Shown: piece by piece, positions 26,867-37,081 of the stretch
Position numbering within the stretch: the stretch's first letter is position 1
How the letters are laid out: every line of letters begins with the position of its first letter
Assembly (NCBI GenBank): GCA_046075565.1
Contig: JBJTQJ010000059.1
Location: 1-41,731, forward strand
Source of the DNA: Verrucomicrobiales bacterium
GTDB taxonomy: Bacteria > Verrucomicrobiota > Verrucomicrobiia > Verrucomicrobiales > SLCJ01
Direction of reading: 5' to 3'
Length of the DNA: 41,731 nucleotides
Notes under the pieces: generated by a model
What the model was told of the DNA's origin: nothing
Database searches by the model: none
What the model saw: the letters and a program-made list of their open reading frames with translations, nothing else
Position numbers and translations under genes: made by a program

Positions 26867-29800
26867 TCAGAGCGGGTTCTGGCTCGCCTTGATTCGGTAG
26901 AAGCGTTTGGGGAGGCTGCCAAACGTGGTGTCCGTGAAGGTGGAGACCGCGCCCGTCGCGAGCAGGTTTCCAGTCACCGGACCCCACGAATTCGCCGCCA
27001 GGGTGGTGCTTGCTTCCAAATGATAATACCGACCAGCCACAGATTGGAAGGAAATAACGACTTGGGTCAGAGATTTTGTGATTCCCGTCACCCGGAGGGC
27101 GGATGTGGCGTCGAGGGGATTGGTGCCCGCGATTTGCTCCTGGCTGTTCGACCAACCGTCACCATCTTGATCCGCGGCCGGATTCAGGAGAATCAGCGAT
27201 GTCGTGGCCGAGCCCGGATTCGGGGATCCGGAATCGGAGGAACCGGGGCTGGTCGAGGCCACCCCGGCCGCGCTCCGGGCGGTGACGGTGGCGCGGTAAA
27301 CCCCGCCGAAAACCCCGGTGAAGGAATAGGAATTCGACCCGTTCGTCACCGTGCCGCTGGACACGATGGCATTGGCCGCATCGCGCACGACCACATCGTA
27401 GGAAGTGATATTGTCGTCCGGACCGCCGTTGGGCACCCAGGTGAATGTCCCGGTCGTGCCAAGGGCATAGTATTGGGTATTCGGTGCGGGTGATGGCGGC
27501 GGGGTGACGTCGTAAAGCTTGAGATACTGTGCTTCGAACGGCTTCTGGTTCCAGGCGGGATCGGAGGTGGTTTCGGGTGGGGAGGCCACGGTGTTGGTGG
27601 TCGGCACCCTGTTCAGAGCCACGAAAAAGCCGCTCGATTTGAGTTGGGCTCCGGTATATCCCGCGCCCGGCCATTTCCAGACATCCCGGCGGCCATTCAT
27701 CCCGATCGAAGAATTCAGATACGCCGCGATGTTGCGGGTGTTGTAAGTCCGTCCGTCCTTCAAACCGAGCAAGTTGGCCAGAGTGCCGGGGAGCTTGAAG
27801 TTGTCCGATGGATTCGTGTCCCGGTTGAGATTGGTAAATGCAAGCACGGCATCTTTGAAAGCCGGGGAGGCATTGGCGGTCTCATACTTGGCCACGGCAT
27901 GGATTTGGGAATTGTTGCCATCTCCGTCGAGGAACCAGCGGTTGGACGAGCGAAGAGCGGCGCTGAACTTGCGGGCGTTGGCCATGCCCGAATAGACGGG
28001 GGTCAACTGGTCGTTGCCGAAGTTGGTGTCGTTCCATGCCGGCATCATTGAGTTGTAGCGTTTGAAGTGGGGAATTTGCTTCCCGAAGTTCGTCTCGTAG
28101 TGATTGTAGCCGGAGGTCTTGCTGATGCCAAGTTCCTGGCCGGGGAAGATCATGGGAACGCCATCGACGGTCGAGGCCACCGCGAAGCGAACCACCGCCT
28201 GCCACGGATCATCATAATTCTCCTCGTCGTGGGAAGTGGTATTGGAAAGCACGAGCCCCTGCCCGTAGGCATTCCGCCTATCTTCGTAGATGGTGCGGTA
28301 AGACCATTTGTTGGTCGCGCTCTTCAGAGGGAAGACGATATTCTCGTTCAGGATATCGAAGTGGCGGTTGGAACGGTAAGTCACCGCCCCGCCGTCGAGA
28401 GATTCGCTCATCATGACGAAGTTCCATTTATGGGAGCGGGCGACATTGATCATGTATTCCCAGGCCTGCGGCGGCAAACCTTGGCCGAAGTCGCAGCGGA
28501 GTCCGTCGATGCCACGGGCATCCCAAGCGTAACGCTGGGCGGTGGTGAGCCCGGGTTCGGTGGCGCTGTTACGGTTTTGGCCGGACGGGCGGGTTTTTTC
28601 GAGCCAGTGGGTGGCATAACGCGCGAAGTATTGCCAGACCCGGCGGGTGGTGTTCCTGTTCTGGCCGCCTTGCACGAAATCAGTGGCCGTCCAGTCGGTG
28701 TCGGTCGCGTCAAACCAGTCACCTTCGCTGGTATAACTCGAACGTTCCGGTTCGAAATCACCTTCAACCAGGGAATCGTAACGACCAAAAAAGACATCCT
28801 TCACGTCGTTCCATTTTCCGAAATCGTAGCGGTCCGGCCCGGCTGCAACATTGACTGAATTGGAAGCCCGGTTGGCATAGTTGCCGGATTGGGAGAAGAA
28901 CCTTGCATCACGATTCCGGATCTCATCCGTCGCGTTCCAGCCGGAGCCACTATCAGGCTTGAATAGTTCAACCCCGGCCTCGGCCAATTCGACATCAAAG
29001 GACGTGTGATTGAAAGGCGCGTCCAGCATGATGCCGACGGCCTTGGCATCGGCGGCGACGACGAAATTCTGCCAAGCCGTCATGGCCGCAGCGCGGTTCC
29101 CCGCGTTGACTGTGTCGGCGGGATTCAGCGGATTTCCGGAGAAGTTCTTCGTGAAGATCGGATTCACTTCGAAGAAATTTTTCACCGCGTAGGGGCTGCC
29201 CGGATCATACGGCGCACCGCCATTGCCATAACCATTGACCGGCTCGCGACCGTCATAACCATTGGGGTGGATAGGCTGGAACCAGAGCCAATTCGCGCCG
29301 AGGGCATTGAGATAATCGAGGTCCCACCGATTGCTCCCGTTATGAGGGGCGCCGGAAGCATTATGCATGTCCTCGATGGTGGATCGTTGGGCGAAGGTGT
29401 CTCCACTCGCCTCGATGTTCAGCACGCTGATTTCATACAACACGATGTCGCGGGCATCCTTCGGGGAAACAGTGATGGCGTGATCGCGGCGGTTGGCCGC
29501 GCCATTGGTATACCAGCGCCAGTTCGGGTCCCCCGAGACCTTCCAGCGGGCGGTCAGGCGGTAGGCTCCGGTTTTCTCGGCGGGTAACATCAGCGTGTAG
29601 GAGCCAACCCCGGCGTTGGTCATGGTATAGGTCTTGTAGTAGTGTGCGTCGTCTCCTGCTGCAAGATTATTGCCATCGAGGGAGCTGATCCCATCCGGGT
29701 AGCCGTCGTTGTTGGCGTCGTTGCCAGCGCGATCCCGGCGGTTGAGATTCGTGTAAACTTCCACTTGGGTGACATTCGATTCGCCGGGTTGGAATACGAT

Positions 29801-30796
29801 GTTGAGAGGGATCGATTCGGCGGCGATTTCATCGACGAAAACCTTGGTCGTGGTGTAGTTGGCGCTCAGCCCGTTCACCGTCAGCGTTGGTTGGCCCGTA
29901 GCGCCATTCTGATAGGTGAATGTTGCATTGTTTGTTCCGGCCGAGTGGTCGGCGAATTTTTCTTCATTGGTGGCGCTGTTCCAAAGGCCCATTCGGTAAC
30001 GAACCGTTGCCCCAAGAGGCAGTCCGTTGAGCACACCATTCATTGTTCCTTCCCATACAGCGGCATTACCGTTTCCGCTGTTGTCGTTCTCCGTTGCGGA
30101 AAAAACGAGGGGGACGACCATGGTCGTGCCGCTGGCCACGCCGAGGCTACCGGCAGGTGAAGACCCATCCGTCGTGTAGTAGATGGCCCCGTTGGTGCTC
30201 CAGAGGGAGTTGTTGGCGTTGCCGGGACCGATGTAACCGGATTTCAGGCGGGCCACAATATTGTTGCCCGCGATGGTGCGGTTGTTGGCATGGAAGATCC
30301 AACCCGGACGATTGCGGATGGAAAATGGCGCGGCTTGAGCCGTGGCCTCGGTGATGGTGCGGTTGCTGTTCCCCAAGTCCGAGCCATAGATGTAGGTGGT
30401 GGCCGGACTTGCGCCGGAGAAAGTCACCCGCACGTAATACTCGATCACGTCGGTGGCGTTGATGGCGGTCGTCGGAATGGTGGCTTTCCAATACTGGTTC
30501 GCTCCCACGTTGGCATGGAATCCCAAGTTCACGCTCTGCCACGATCCGGGGGCCCCTCCTCGCGGCGTCGTCCGGTAAACCACCGTGCCTCCATTCTGAT
30601 CGCCATTGGCCCCGCCATTTTTCCAAAATCCCTGGTAAATGATGGTGTCACTGCCTTTCACTTCGTAAAGCGGGACACGCATCTCCGTGGCAATCTGCGA
30701 TTCAAAGGAACCGGGCAAATGCCAAACCTGGGCTTGAGCATGGAGGTGTCCGGCGAGAACCGGAAAAATCAGGAGAAGAAGACTTCGGACTTTCAT
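26867..30796 (-). CDS. Large secreted GH13 alpha-amylase-family enzyme (1309 aa)
   Basis: Signal peptide; LYEISV; conserved regions IMLDAPFNH, DGLRCDF, MSES, TSHDE; FN3-like domain; DQDGDG motif and a terminal domain ending RFYRI. Confidence 0.88.
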   Translation of the reverse strand: MKVRSLLLLIFPVLAGHLHAQAQVWHLPGSFESQIATEMRVPLYEVKGSDTIIYQGFWKNGGANGDQNGGTVVYRTTPRGGAPGSWQSVNLGFHANVGANQYWKATIPTTAINATDVIEYYVRVTFSGASPATTYIYGSDLGNSNRTITEATAQAAPFSIRNRPGWIFHANNRTIAGNNIVARLKSGYIGPGNANNSLWSTNGAIYYTTDGSSPAGSLGVASGTTMVVPLVFSATENDNSGNGNAAVWEGTMNGVLNGLPLGATVRYRMGLWNSATNEEKFADHSAGTNNATFTYQNGATGQPTLTVNGLSANYTTTKVFVDEIAAESIPLNIVFQPGESNVTQVEVYTNLNRRDRAGNDANNDGYPDGISSLDGNNLAAGDDAHYYKTYTMTNAGVGSYTLMLPAEKTGAYRLTARWKVSGDPNWRWYTNGAANRRDHAITVSPKDARDIVLYEISVLNIEASGDTFAQRSTIEDMHNASGAPHNGSNRWDLDYLNALGANWLWFQPIHPNGYDGREPVNGYGNGGAPYDPGSPYAVKNFFEVNPIFTKNFSGNPLNPADTVNAGNRAAAMTAWQNFVVAADAKAVGIMLDAPFNHTSFDVELAEAGVELFKPDSGSGWNATDEIRNRDARFFSQSGNYANRASNSVNVAAGPDRYDFGKWNDVKDVFFGRYDSLVEGDFEPERSSYTSEGDWFDATDTDWTATDFVQGGQNRNTTRRVWQYFARYATHWLEKTRPSGQNRNSATEPGLTTAQRYAWDARGIDGLRCDFGQGLPPQAWEYMINVARSHKWNFVMMSESLDGGAVTYRSNRHFDILNENIVFPLKSATNKWSYRTIYEDRRNAYGQGLVLSNTTSHDEENYDDPWQAVVRFAVASTVDGVPMIFPGQELGISKTSGYNHYETNFGKQIPHFKRYNSMMPAWNDTNFGNDQLTPVYSGMANARKFSAALRSSNRWFLDGDGNNSQIHAVAKYETANASPAFKDAVLAFTNLNRDTNPSDNFKLPGTLANLLGLKDGRTYNTRNIAAYLNSSIGMNGRRDVWKWPGAGYTGAQLKSSGFFVALNRVPTTNTVASPPETTSDPAWNQKPFEAQYLKLYDVTPPPSPAPNTQYYALGTTGTFTWVPNGGPDDNITSYDVVVRDAANAIVSSGTVTNGSNSYSFTGVFGGVYRATVTARSAAGVASTSPGSSDSGSPNPGSATTSLILLNPAADQDGDGWSNSQEQIAGTNPLDATSALRVTGITKSLTQVVISFQSVAGRYYHLEASTTLAANSWGPVTGNLLATGAVSTFTDTTFGSLPKRFYRIKASQNPL

Positions 30797-30830
30797 CGGG
30801 CGAATGGGCGGGGAGGAAAAGGAGAAGGTG

Positions 30831-33800
30831 TCAGGGCAAACTGAATTCCAGGCGGTAGAAGCGCCGGGGCACGGTTTGCGGATCGGGTTCCGTGCTCCAG
30901 CCGTTGTCGATCCAGGTATTCACCGGATTCGCGGGTTGTCCGGTGGTATTCATGGAGCCATCCCACCGAGACCAGTTTTGGAGATTGTCGGAGTAGCCGA
31001 TGGTGTAGCGGCGGTTCGGAATGGAGGGGAATTGCAAACGCCATTCACCCGGCCAACCGGGGTTGGGAGAAATGGTCATGCGGGGATAACGCCAGGCATC
31101 CTGTTCGAGCGGGTTCATTTCGGCGAGGAACTCGTCCAGATTGCCGTGCCCATCGCCGTCGTCATCCCCCTTCGGACCATGCCGCCCGGTGCCATTGGTG
31201 GGATCAAAGCCATACTTCCGCTCCCAGAAGTCCGGCAAGCCATCGCCATCGCTGTCGGAGGATTCATCCAACTTCATGCGCACTTTCTCCGTGTCGCTCA
31301 GCGTCAGCGATCCGCGCTGATGCACGACACGCACGAAGTGCAGGAAGTCGGGGTTTCCGTTGTAGAGATTCGGGAAGGTGTAGGCGACGGAATGCTCCGT
31401 TCCGTTCACATCGCGATTCAACACGTAGCTGGTGCGCGGCTGCAGGACGGGGTTGTCGGGTTGCCCACTAATCGTGCTGCTGATGAAGATGGAGAACTCG
31501 TTCAGGAAGTCGTTGTCGCTCATGCCAAGGGGAATGAGTTCCTTCTTGAAGTAAACCCGCATCACGTAATTCTTGTCCACGATCTCACCGGTGGTGGTGG
31601 GGATGCCGATGTTGAAGTTAATCGAGCTTCCGGTGTTCACGGCTCGTGTGATCGTGGTGAACCATCCGTCGATGTCGCTGAGAGCGTTGTTTCCGGAGGA
31701 GGATGCCTCTTTAAAGCGGACCACGATATTGGCGGTGCCGGCGTTGGGAATGTTCTCGTAGTCGAATCGCCATTCCTTGGCCATTCCCGTCGTGCCGAGA
31801 TTGGTGGGGGTGCTTGCCAGGGTCGCGTCTTTCCAGTTGTAGAGACCGTTGCCCTTAGCAGGGTCGTCGTTGCCGGGATCGAGATCGTCGATGTAGAACT
31901 GCACCTGCGTCACCGAGGCATCGCTGAGGGCGACACACCCGTAAGTCGAACCTCCAAGGGTATCATTCTGGTTCGGATACCGCACGAGGCCGGATGGTTT
32001 CTCGGTGTCGTAGTAGAAGACCTGCGTCTGGGTGCGGAAAATCGAAGCTCCATCGGTGCGATTGACGAAGGCCCGGGTGTTCAGCACGTGGTATCCTTCC
32101 TCAAGACCGGTCGCCATCTTCCCGTAATCGTTGTGCACGTGATAACCCACGGTCTCCGCGTTGAAGTTGGCGACTTCAAATATGGTTTCGGCGCGTTCCG
32201 CGAATTTGGTGTCGTTCTCGCTGAACGGGAACCGGGGCGGCAAGGTCCCAGGGCCGACGGCGCCGATCTTGTATCGCAACACGGTGCCGGATGGCATGGC
32301 CGGGAGCGTGGCTTTATACCAATCCGGCGTCCCACCGCCATCTGCAGCTCCATTGTAAACATAACCCGCTTGCACCACCTGCGTCGTGCCTTTCCCAATC
32401 CCGTCATGACCCTCCGGATAGTTCGTGCCATTTGTGGTGTAATAAACCCAGATTCGATCCGCCTGAAAACTGTATCCAACACGCACCCAGAGATCAATTG
32501 ACTGCCCGGCCGCGGACTGCGGCGCGGGATTCATCTGGAGTTGGGCGGAGCCTTCGCGCGCGGTGGCAGGCGCGTGTTCGACCCATGGAGTGATTCCAGT
32601 GCCTGTCGCGTCCTGACCAGTGGCGTTGTTAATGGCGAATCCTGCCGTGCCGATCACCGCCTGATAGGTCTCCGCTCCCAAGGAACCAATGACGTTGCGC
32701 CTCGGTTCCGGAGAAGCACCCGGTAGCGGCGTGGGCGGCGGCTGGGCTGCGAATTTTTCCGTCTTCCGGCGGACGAATCGCATCTGTTCATACCCCAGAT
32801 AGGTATCGGTCGAGGCCTGCAGCACGGTGTCAGTGGTGCTGGCCGCATCCAATTGATCCGAGTTGAGTCCCGGCGCGAAATCGCGTTTGGCTCCCGTGGT
32901 GGGTCCCAGACCCATCTGGGAATTCAAATCCACACCGCCATTGAGCCGCATGAGAATGTTGCCAGCCGTACCGTCGGCCCGCGCGACAAAACGCAGGTTC
33001 GTGCCGTCGGTCACGCGCGGGATTTTCACCCGGTAAGCGCGGTTGGCCGTGTCACCGGCGGGCACGCCGTAGGGATTGTATCCCGCATCCCCATCGCGAC
33101 CATCCACCCGCCAGTCATCCATCATGGCGACAGGTTGGCCATTCTGCTCGATGGTGATGGGCGCGACCTGCTGTTGATGGCGCGCGGCTTGCCAAACCAC
33201 GGGTAGGTTCGGGGTGTGCCAGCCGAAGGCGAACCACCCGCCGGGAGGCGCCAGGGGAGGATTCGAACCGTTGGGCGAATTCACGATCTGCGTGCTGTTG
33301 TTCACATACACCGGAAAGCGTCCACCGTGGGACGAGTAATTCCAAAGGGTGGCTCCGACGGGGAACCCGGTCGGGAAAAGGCGGCCTTGGCCGTGAGCCT
33401 GGTAAGCGCGGGCCATCATGAAAACCATGACGCTTCCATTCCACGCGGTGTTTTTCCGCTTCTCGCGGTTGTCCACACGCTCGTAGGCCGTGTAGTTCTG
33501 ATCGCTGTATCGGGCAATCTGAGTCCCGCGGGCGAAATCGCGATGAACCGCCACCGCCGAGATCACACTGTTGTCGCCGAACTGGCCGAGGAAATTGACG
33601 CCCGAGGGTTTGGGAAACCAGTCCGGCGCGCCAGCCTGATTGTATCCATCGGTGTAGATAATCGGATGACCTTCACGGGTTAGGATGTAGGCATGGGCCA
33701 GCGGACGATCCCCGCTCCAGAGGTAGTTGTTATCATGGCTCATCACATAATTCATGCCCGTTCCCGGATTTCCCCACGCGCCGTGATTGACCTGATCGTA

Positions 33801-35096
33801 ACCCGCCAAGCTGTTGCCCATCCCGTTTTTCACGGTGTTGAGCAGGTTGTCATTGGCGATGCGCATCCCGGCATCGAGATAACCGCCTTCTCCCGGTGGC
33901 GATCCGAGATGTTCGCCGTAAAGGAAAGCATCGTCCCGGGCGATACCGGTGTTGAAATTGCTGTCGCGGTGATTGTTCCAGTCCGAGAAACCACGGGTGA
34001 TGTTGAATTGCTCTTGGATTTGTCCGTTGTATCCCCAGTTCACGTAGTCCTTGTCCGAGCCGGTTTGTTTTCCGAAAAAACCAGAAGGAACATGCTTCAC
34101 GGCATCGAGGCGGAATCCATCCGGGCTGGCCTGATCGATGAACCAGCGCACCGACCGGTAGAGCATGGCGTTCACATCCTCGGCGACGATGTTGCCCATG
34201 TTGTATTTGCCATCACCAAATCCCCACTGGGTCGTTTGACGCCACGACACAGTCGGGTCCACTCCCGTGTCGGTGAAGGGCTCGGAGGTTTCGCCCGAGT
34301 CGTGCTGGCCGTTGCTGTTGGCGTCGTTCCAATCGAACTTGCCATTGTTTGCTCCTGTGTTGCCGGGAGCGTAGCCAACATCCTGAAACGGCTCCTTGTT
34401 GGCGAAGGGATGCACGGGTTCGTTCGCTTGGTTGGTCCCGACCACCAGATCGGTGTCGAGATACCATTGGTGCTGGCCGGGGTGGCGGATCCCGGACCAC
34501 TTGGGATAGGTGTAGGCCTCGGCCGTGCCATTGGGATTGAAGCTGATATTCTGGGGATGTTCGTTGGCGATGTCCCAGGCGAAGGGATTGCGGTTGAGCA
34601 CCTGCCATTCATCCTGCCAGTTCGGCCAATCAGCCGGCTTGCGCCAGGTGCCGTTTCCCTCGCGCACGATGTGAAAATCTTCCGGCACGAACCCGGGGAT
34701 GCCGGGAAAAAAGTTTCCCGGGTTGGTGTTCTTGTCGAGGGGTCCGGCATTGTGGGCCATCACGTTGTCAAAATAGACCCGGAAACCAAACCGATGGGCC
34801 GTGCGCATCATGCTGAACAGGTCGGCTTTGGTGCCATATTTCGTCCGGATCGTCCCACTGCCGTCCCGGTCCCCGAGGTCAAAGCGATCAAAAGTATCGA
34901 ATCCCACCGAATAGGTGCCCGCTCCCCCCTTGAATGGCGGCGGCAACCAGAGGGCATCATACCCGCGTTCCGCCAACTCCGGAATACGGCGCTCTATTTC
35001 GTTCCAAGTCGTGCCAAAATACTGCAAGACAACCTCCGCGGACGCGGGACGAGCGGAGGCAACCAGGGCCAGGAGGACCAGGATTCGGAGTTTCAT
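30831..35096 (-). CDS. Large secreted GH13 alpha-amylase-family enzyme (1421 aa)
   Basis: Signal peptide; VVLQYF, LWLPPP, TKYGT; conserved regions VYFDNVMAH, DGFRLDAVKH, YGEH, MSHDN; DSDGDGLPD motif and a terminal domain ending RFYRL. Confidence 0.9.
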   Translation of the reverse strand: MKLRILVLLALVASARPASAEVVLQYFGTTWNEIERRIPELAERGYDALWLPPPFKGGAGTYSVGFDTFDRFDLGDRDGSGTIRTKYGTKADLFSMMRTAHRFGFRVYFDNVMAHNAGPLDKNTNPGNFFPGIPGFVPEDFHIVREGNGTWRKPADWPNWQDEWQVLNRNPFAWDIANEHPQNISFNPNGTAEAYTYPKWSGIRHPGQHQWYLDTDLVVGTNQANEPVHPFANKEPFQDVGYAPGNTGANNGKFDWNDANSNGQHDSGETSEPFTDTGVDPTVSWRQTTQWGFGDGKYNMGNIVAEDVNAMLYRSVRWFIDQASPDGFRLDAVKHVPSGFFGKQTGSDKDYVNWGYNGQIQEQFNITRGFSDWNNHRDSNFNTGIARDDAFLYGEHLGSPPGEGGYLDAGMRIANDNLLNTVKNGMGNSLAGYDQVNHGAWGNPGTGMNYVMSHDNNYLWSGDRPLAHAYILTREGHPIIYTDGYNQAGAPDWFPKPSGVNFLGQFGDNSVISAVAVHRDFARGTQIARYSDQNYTAYERVDNREKRKNTAWNGSVMVFMMARAYQAHGQGRLFPTGFPVGATLWNYSSHGGRFPVYVNNSTQIVNSPNGSNPPLAPPGGWFAFGWHTPNLPVVWQAARHQQQVAPITIEQNGQPVAMMDDWRVDGRDGDAGYNPYGVPAGDTANRAYRVKIPRVTDGTNLRFVARADGTAGNILMRLNGGVDLNSQMGLGPTTGAKRDFAPGLNSDQLDAASTTDTVLQASTDTYLGYEQMRFVRRKTEKFAAQPPPTPLPGASPEPRRNVIGSLGAETYQAVIGTAGFAINNATGQDATGTGITPWVEHAPATAREGSAQLQMNPAPQSAAGQSIDLWVRVGYSFQADRIWVYYTTNGTNYPEGHDGIGKGTTQVVQAGYVYNGAADGGGTPDWYKATLPAMPSGTVLRYKIGAVGPGTLPPRFPFSENDTKFAERAETIFEVANFNAETVGYHVHNDYGKMATGLEEGYHVLNTRAFVNRTDGASIFRTQTQVFYYDTEKPSGLVRYPNQNDTLGGSTYGCVALSDASVTQVQFYIDDLDPGNDDPAKGNGLYNWKDATLASTPTNLGTTGMAKEWRFDYENIPNAGTANIVVRFKEASSSGNNALSDIDGWFTTITRAVNTGSSINFNIGIPTTTGEIVDKNYVMRVYFKKELIPLGMSDNDFLNEFSIFISSTISGQPDNPVLQPRTSYVLNRDVNGTEHSVAYTFPNLYNGNPDFLHFVRVVHQRGSLTLSDTEKVRMKLDESSDSDGDGLPDFWERKYGFDPTNGTGRHGPKGDDDGDGHGNLDEFLAEMNPLEQDAWRYPRMTISPNPGWPGEWRLQFPSIPNRRYTIGYSDNLQNWSRWDGSMNTTGQPANPVNTWIDNGWSTEPDPQTVPRRFYRLEFSLP

Positions 35097-35358
35097 GAAA
35101 ATGGGGAAATGATTGGCGGGCGGACGGGTTGCCGCCCTCCTTATTCATCAAATGTCATGCCGGTCTCACGGGTTTACCCTCCGGAAAGGATTTCGGACTT
35201 TCGGCCTCTGAAAAGTGTGTATTTACAAAATATTACGCCGTGACCGCTGCCGACGAGCGGAATTTTCCCGGATTTTGAGGCCCCCTGCGGTTCCCCTTGC
35301 CGGGTTCACCCGGCAAATCGCTGCCCAAAAGAACGTTGGGAAAGGCTCCGGCTTCCCA

Positions 35359-36813
35359 TCAAGGCTTTTGAATCAGCTCCGGATAATGGCGTCCTATCAA
35401 TTCCCGCTCTTTCTTATCAAGGGTGGAAATGGGCACCGGTTGATCTTCCGGGCGAACCCCCTTCTGGTTGATGCGGTTCTTCAGGCTCCAGTTCCGCGAG
35501 TGTTCGCCGGACTCGGGATCCGCAGGCTCCTTGGCCGGAAGATCGTAGCGGGTGAAATCGATGATCATTTCCGGCCCGTTTTCCTTCCAATTCCGGAGCA
35601 AGGCGAGGCGGAAATCCTTGTTCATGAACCAGCGGATCTCCTTGTCCGCCTCCGAAGCACGAATGCCTGCGCCGCGATAGACAAACTGGTAATTGATTTC
35701 ATCGTTACTTTTGAAGTGAGCACGCCACAATTCGCCGAATTCGCCCTGGGTGATGAGTTTCGCTTCCGGCCAGCGTTCGCGGATACCATTGAGCCAGAGA
35801 TGCAATCCTTCCATTCCGTTGCGACCACCGTATCCATAAATCTTCCGCGACTCGACGAGGCTCATTTCCCACCCGCAGGTAACCCACGCGAAGCCGTTGC
35901 GCTTGAAGCCGTCGTCAAAATGACCGGCCGTGGTGGCCATCATGGCTTGGAGTCCGCGTTCGGTGCCCATGTCGAGCAGGGTCTCGATGGGGCCCACTCC
36001 CTGACGGCTGCGCCAGCGTTCACCATTCTCGGTGCGAGCACCGGGAATCCTCGCGCAGAGGAAGTCCACCGTCCATCCATCGAGATTCACGACATCGATG
36101 AAGTCATCCTTTCCCCGGGCCGGTTTGCAGAAATGTTCGCGCGAAGGGTAGTAGGGATAACAGATCGAACCCTCGCCGTCGCCATTGTCCACCGCATACT
36201 GACTCCAGATGTTTCCCTGGCAGACATGGATGCCTTCTTTCTCCGCGAGGTAACGGAGATTGTCGGCCGAGAGGAATCCGGCCAGCACGCTTTTGGGCCG
36301 GTAGCCATCGCCGACCATTTCCGAAACCTTTTTTAATCCGTCGTGCAGATCGCGGTTCACCTGCTCGCGAGTGTTATACATGTTCGAGAAGTAGGCCCCG
36401 GGAATAAAGGTGACCTCGTCACCGAATTTTTTCTGATACGAGGCAATCAAGGTGCGCAGTTCGCGGTAGGCTTCACGTTCGTCATGCAGGGCCAGCCAGC
36501 TCATGGCCCAGGTGATCCGCCCTCCCGGCCAGGCCTTCTCGATGGCTTCCCGGAAAGTCCTCGCCTCAGCGGGTGTGTGCACGCTTGATTCGTCCGCCCC
36601 GTGGGCCGTATCGCGGGTGACTTCGATCTGGTGCACCCGGACCACGGTGTTGAGCGTGAGGAACCGGTTGCCCATGAGGGTCAGCCCTTCGACCGGCGGA
36701 CGTTCCGGAGCAGCCTGCGCCGGCGCCTCGGAAACGAAGGCGGCGAGACACAGTCCCATCAGCACCGTGTGGAAGCGGGCGACTTTGGGCTTGGAGAAGA
36801 GTGGGATGAACAT
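35359..36813 (-). CDS. DUF3863-like secreted protein (possible glycoside hydrolase/deacetylase fold)
   Basis: Signal peptide; NRFLTLNTVVRV, GNIWSQYAVDNGDG, DGWTVDF, NWSL.NRINQK recalled as Bacteroidota-type DUF3863. Start uncertain. Confidence 0.7.
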   Translation of the reverse strand: MFIPLFSKPKVARFHTVLMGLCLAAFVSEAPAQAAPERPPVEGLTLMGNRFLTLNTVVRVHQIEVTRDTAHGADESSVHTPAEARTFREAIEKAWPGGRITWAMSWLALHDEREAYRELRTLIASYQKKFGDEVTFIPGAYFSNMYNTREQVNRDLHDGLKKVSEMVGDGYRPKSVLAGFLSADNLRYLAEKEGIHVCQGNIWSQYAVDNGDGEGSICYPYYPSREHFCKPARGKDDFIDVVNLDGWTVDFLCARIPGARTENGERWRSRQGVGPIETLLDMGTERGLQAMMATTAGHFDDGFKRNGFAWVTCGWEMSLVESRKIYGYGGRNGMEGLHLWLNGIRERWPEAKLITQGEFGELWRAHFKSNDEINYQFVYRGAGIRASEADKEIRWFMNKDFRLALLRNWKENGPEMIIDFTRYDLPAKEPADPESGEHSRNWSLKNRINQKGVRPEDQPVPISTLDKKERELIGRHYPELIQKP

Positions 36814-36837
36814 TGGGAGAATATTGGAAGGAAAACG

Positions 36838-37031
36838 AAAACCACGGATGGGCACGGATTGTCTAAGGCGTTTGCAGCATGAACCTGGAAACCACGAACG
36901 AACACGAATTTACACGAATAAAAATCAAAAATCAGAGGTTTATGCAGAGGGCCTCGCCCATCCGCGGATTGATATGGGTTTTGTCATAACTCTTTGAAAA
37001 TTCGTGCCCATTAGTGTCAATTCGTGGTTTC
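36838..37031. repeat. Intergenic element with inverted arms built from 10-bp periodic CACGAA-like units
   Basis: 36888-36919 matches the reverse complement of 37000-37031 at 25/32; a partial extra arm lies at 36838-36859. Confidence 0.8.
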
Positions 37032-37081
37032 ATTTTCCTGTTTCGGATGAACGGTCTTCCCAATACGCGAGGAGCCCCGCT

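Noticed and set aside
30804-36336. Long plus-strand ORFs (565, 516 and 373 aa)
   Set aside because: Antisense shadows of the GH13 and DUF3863-like genes.
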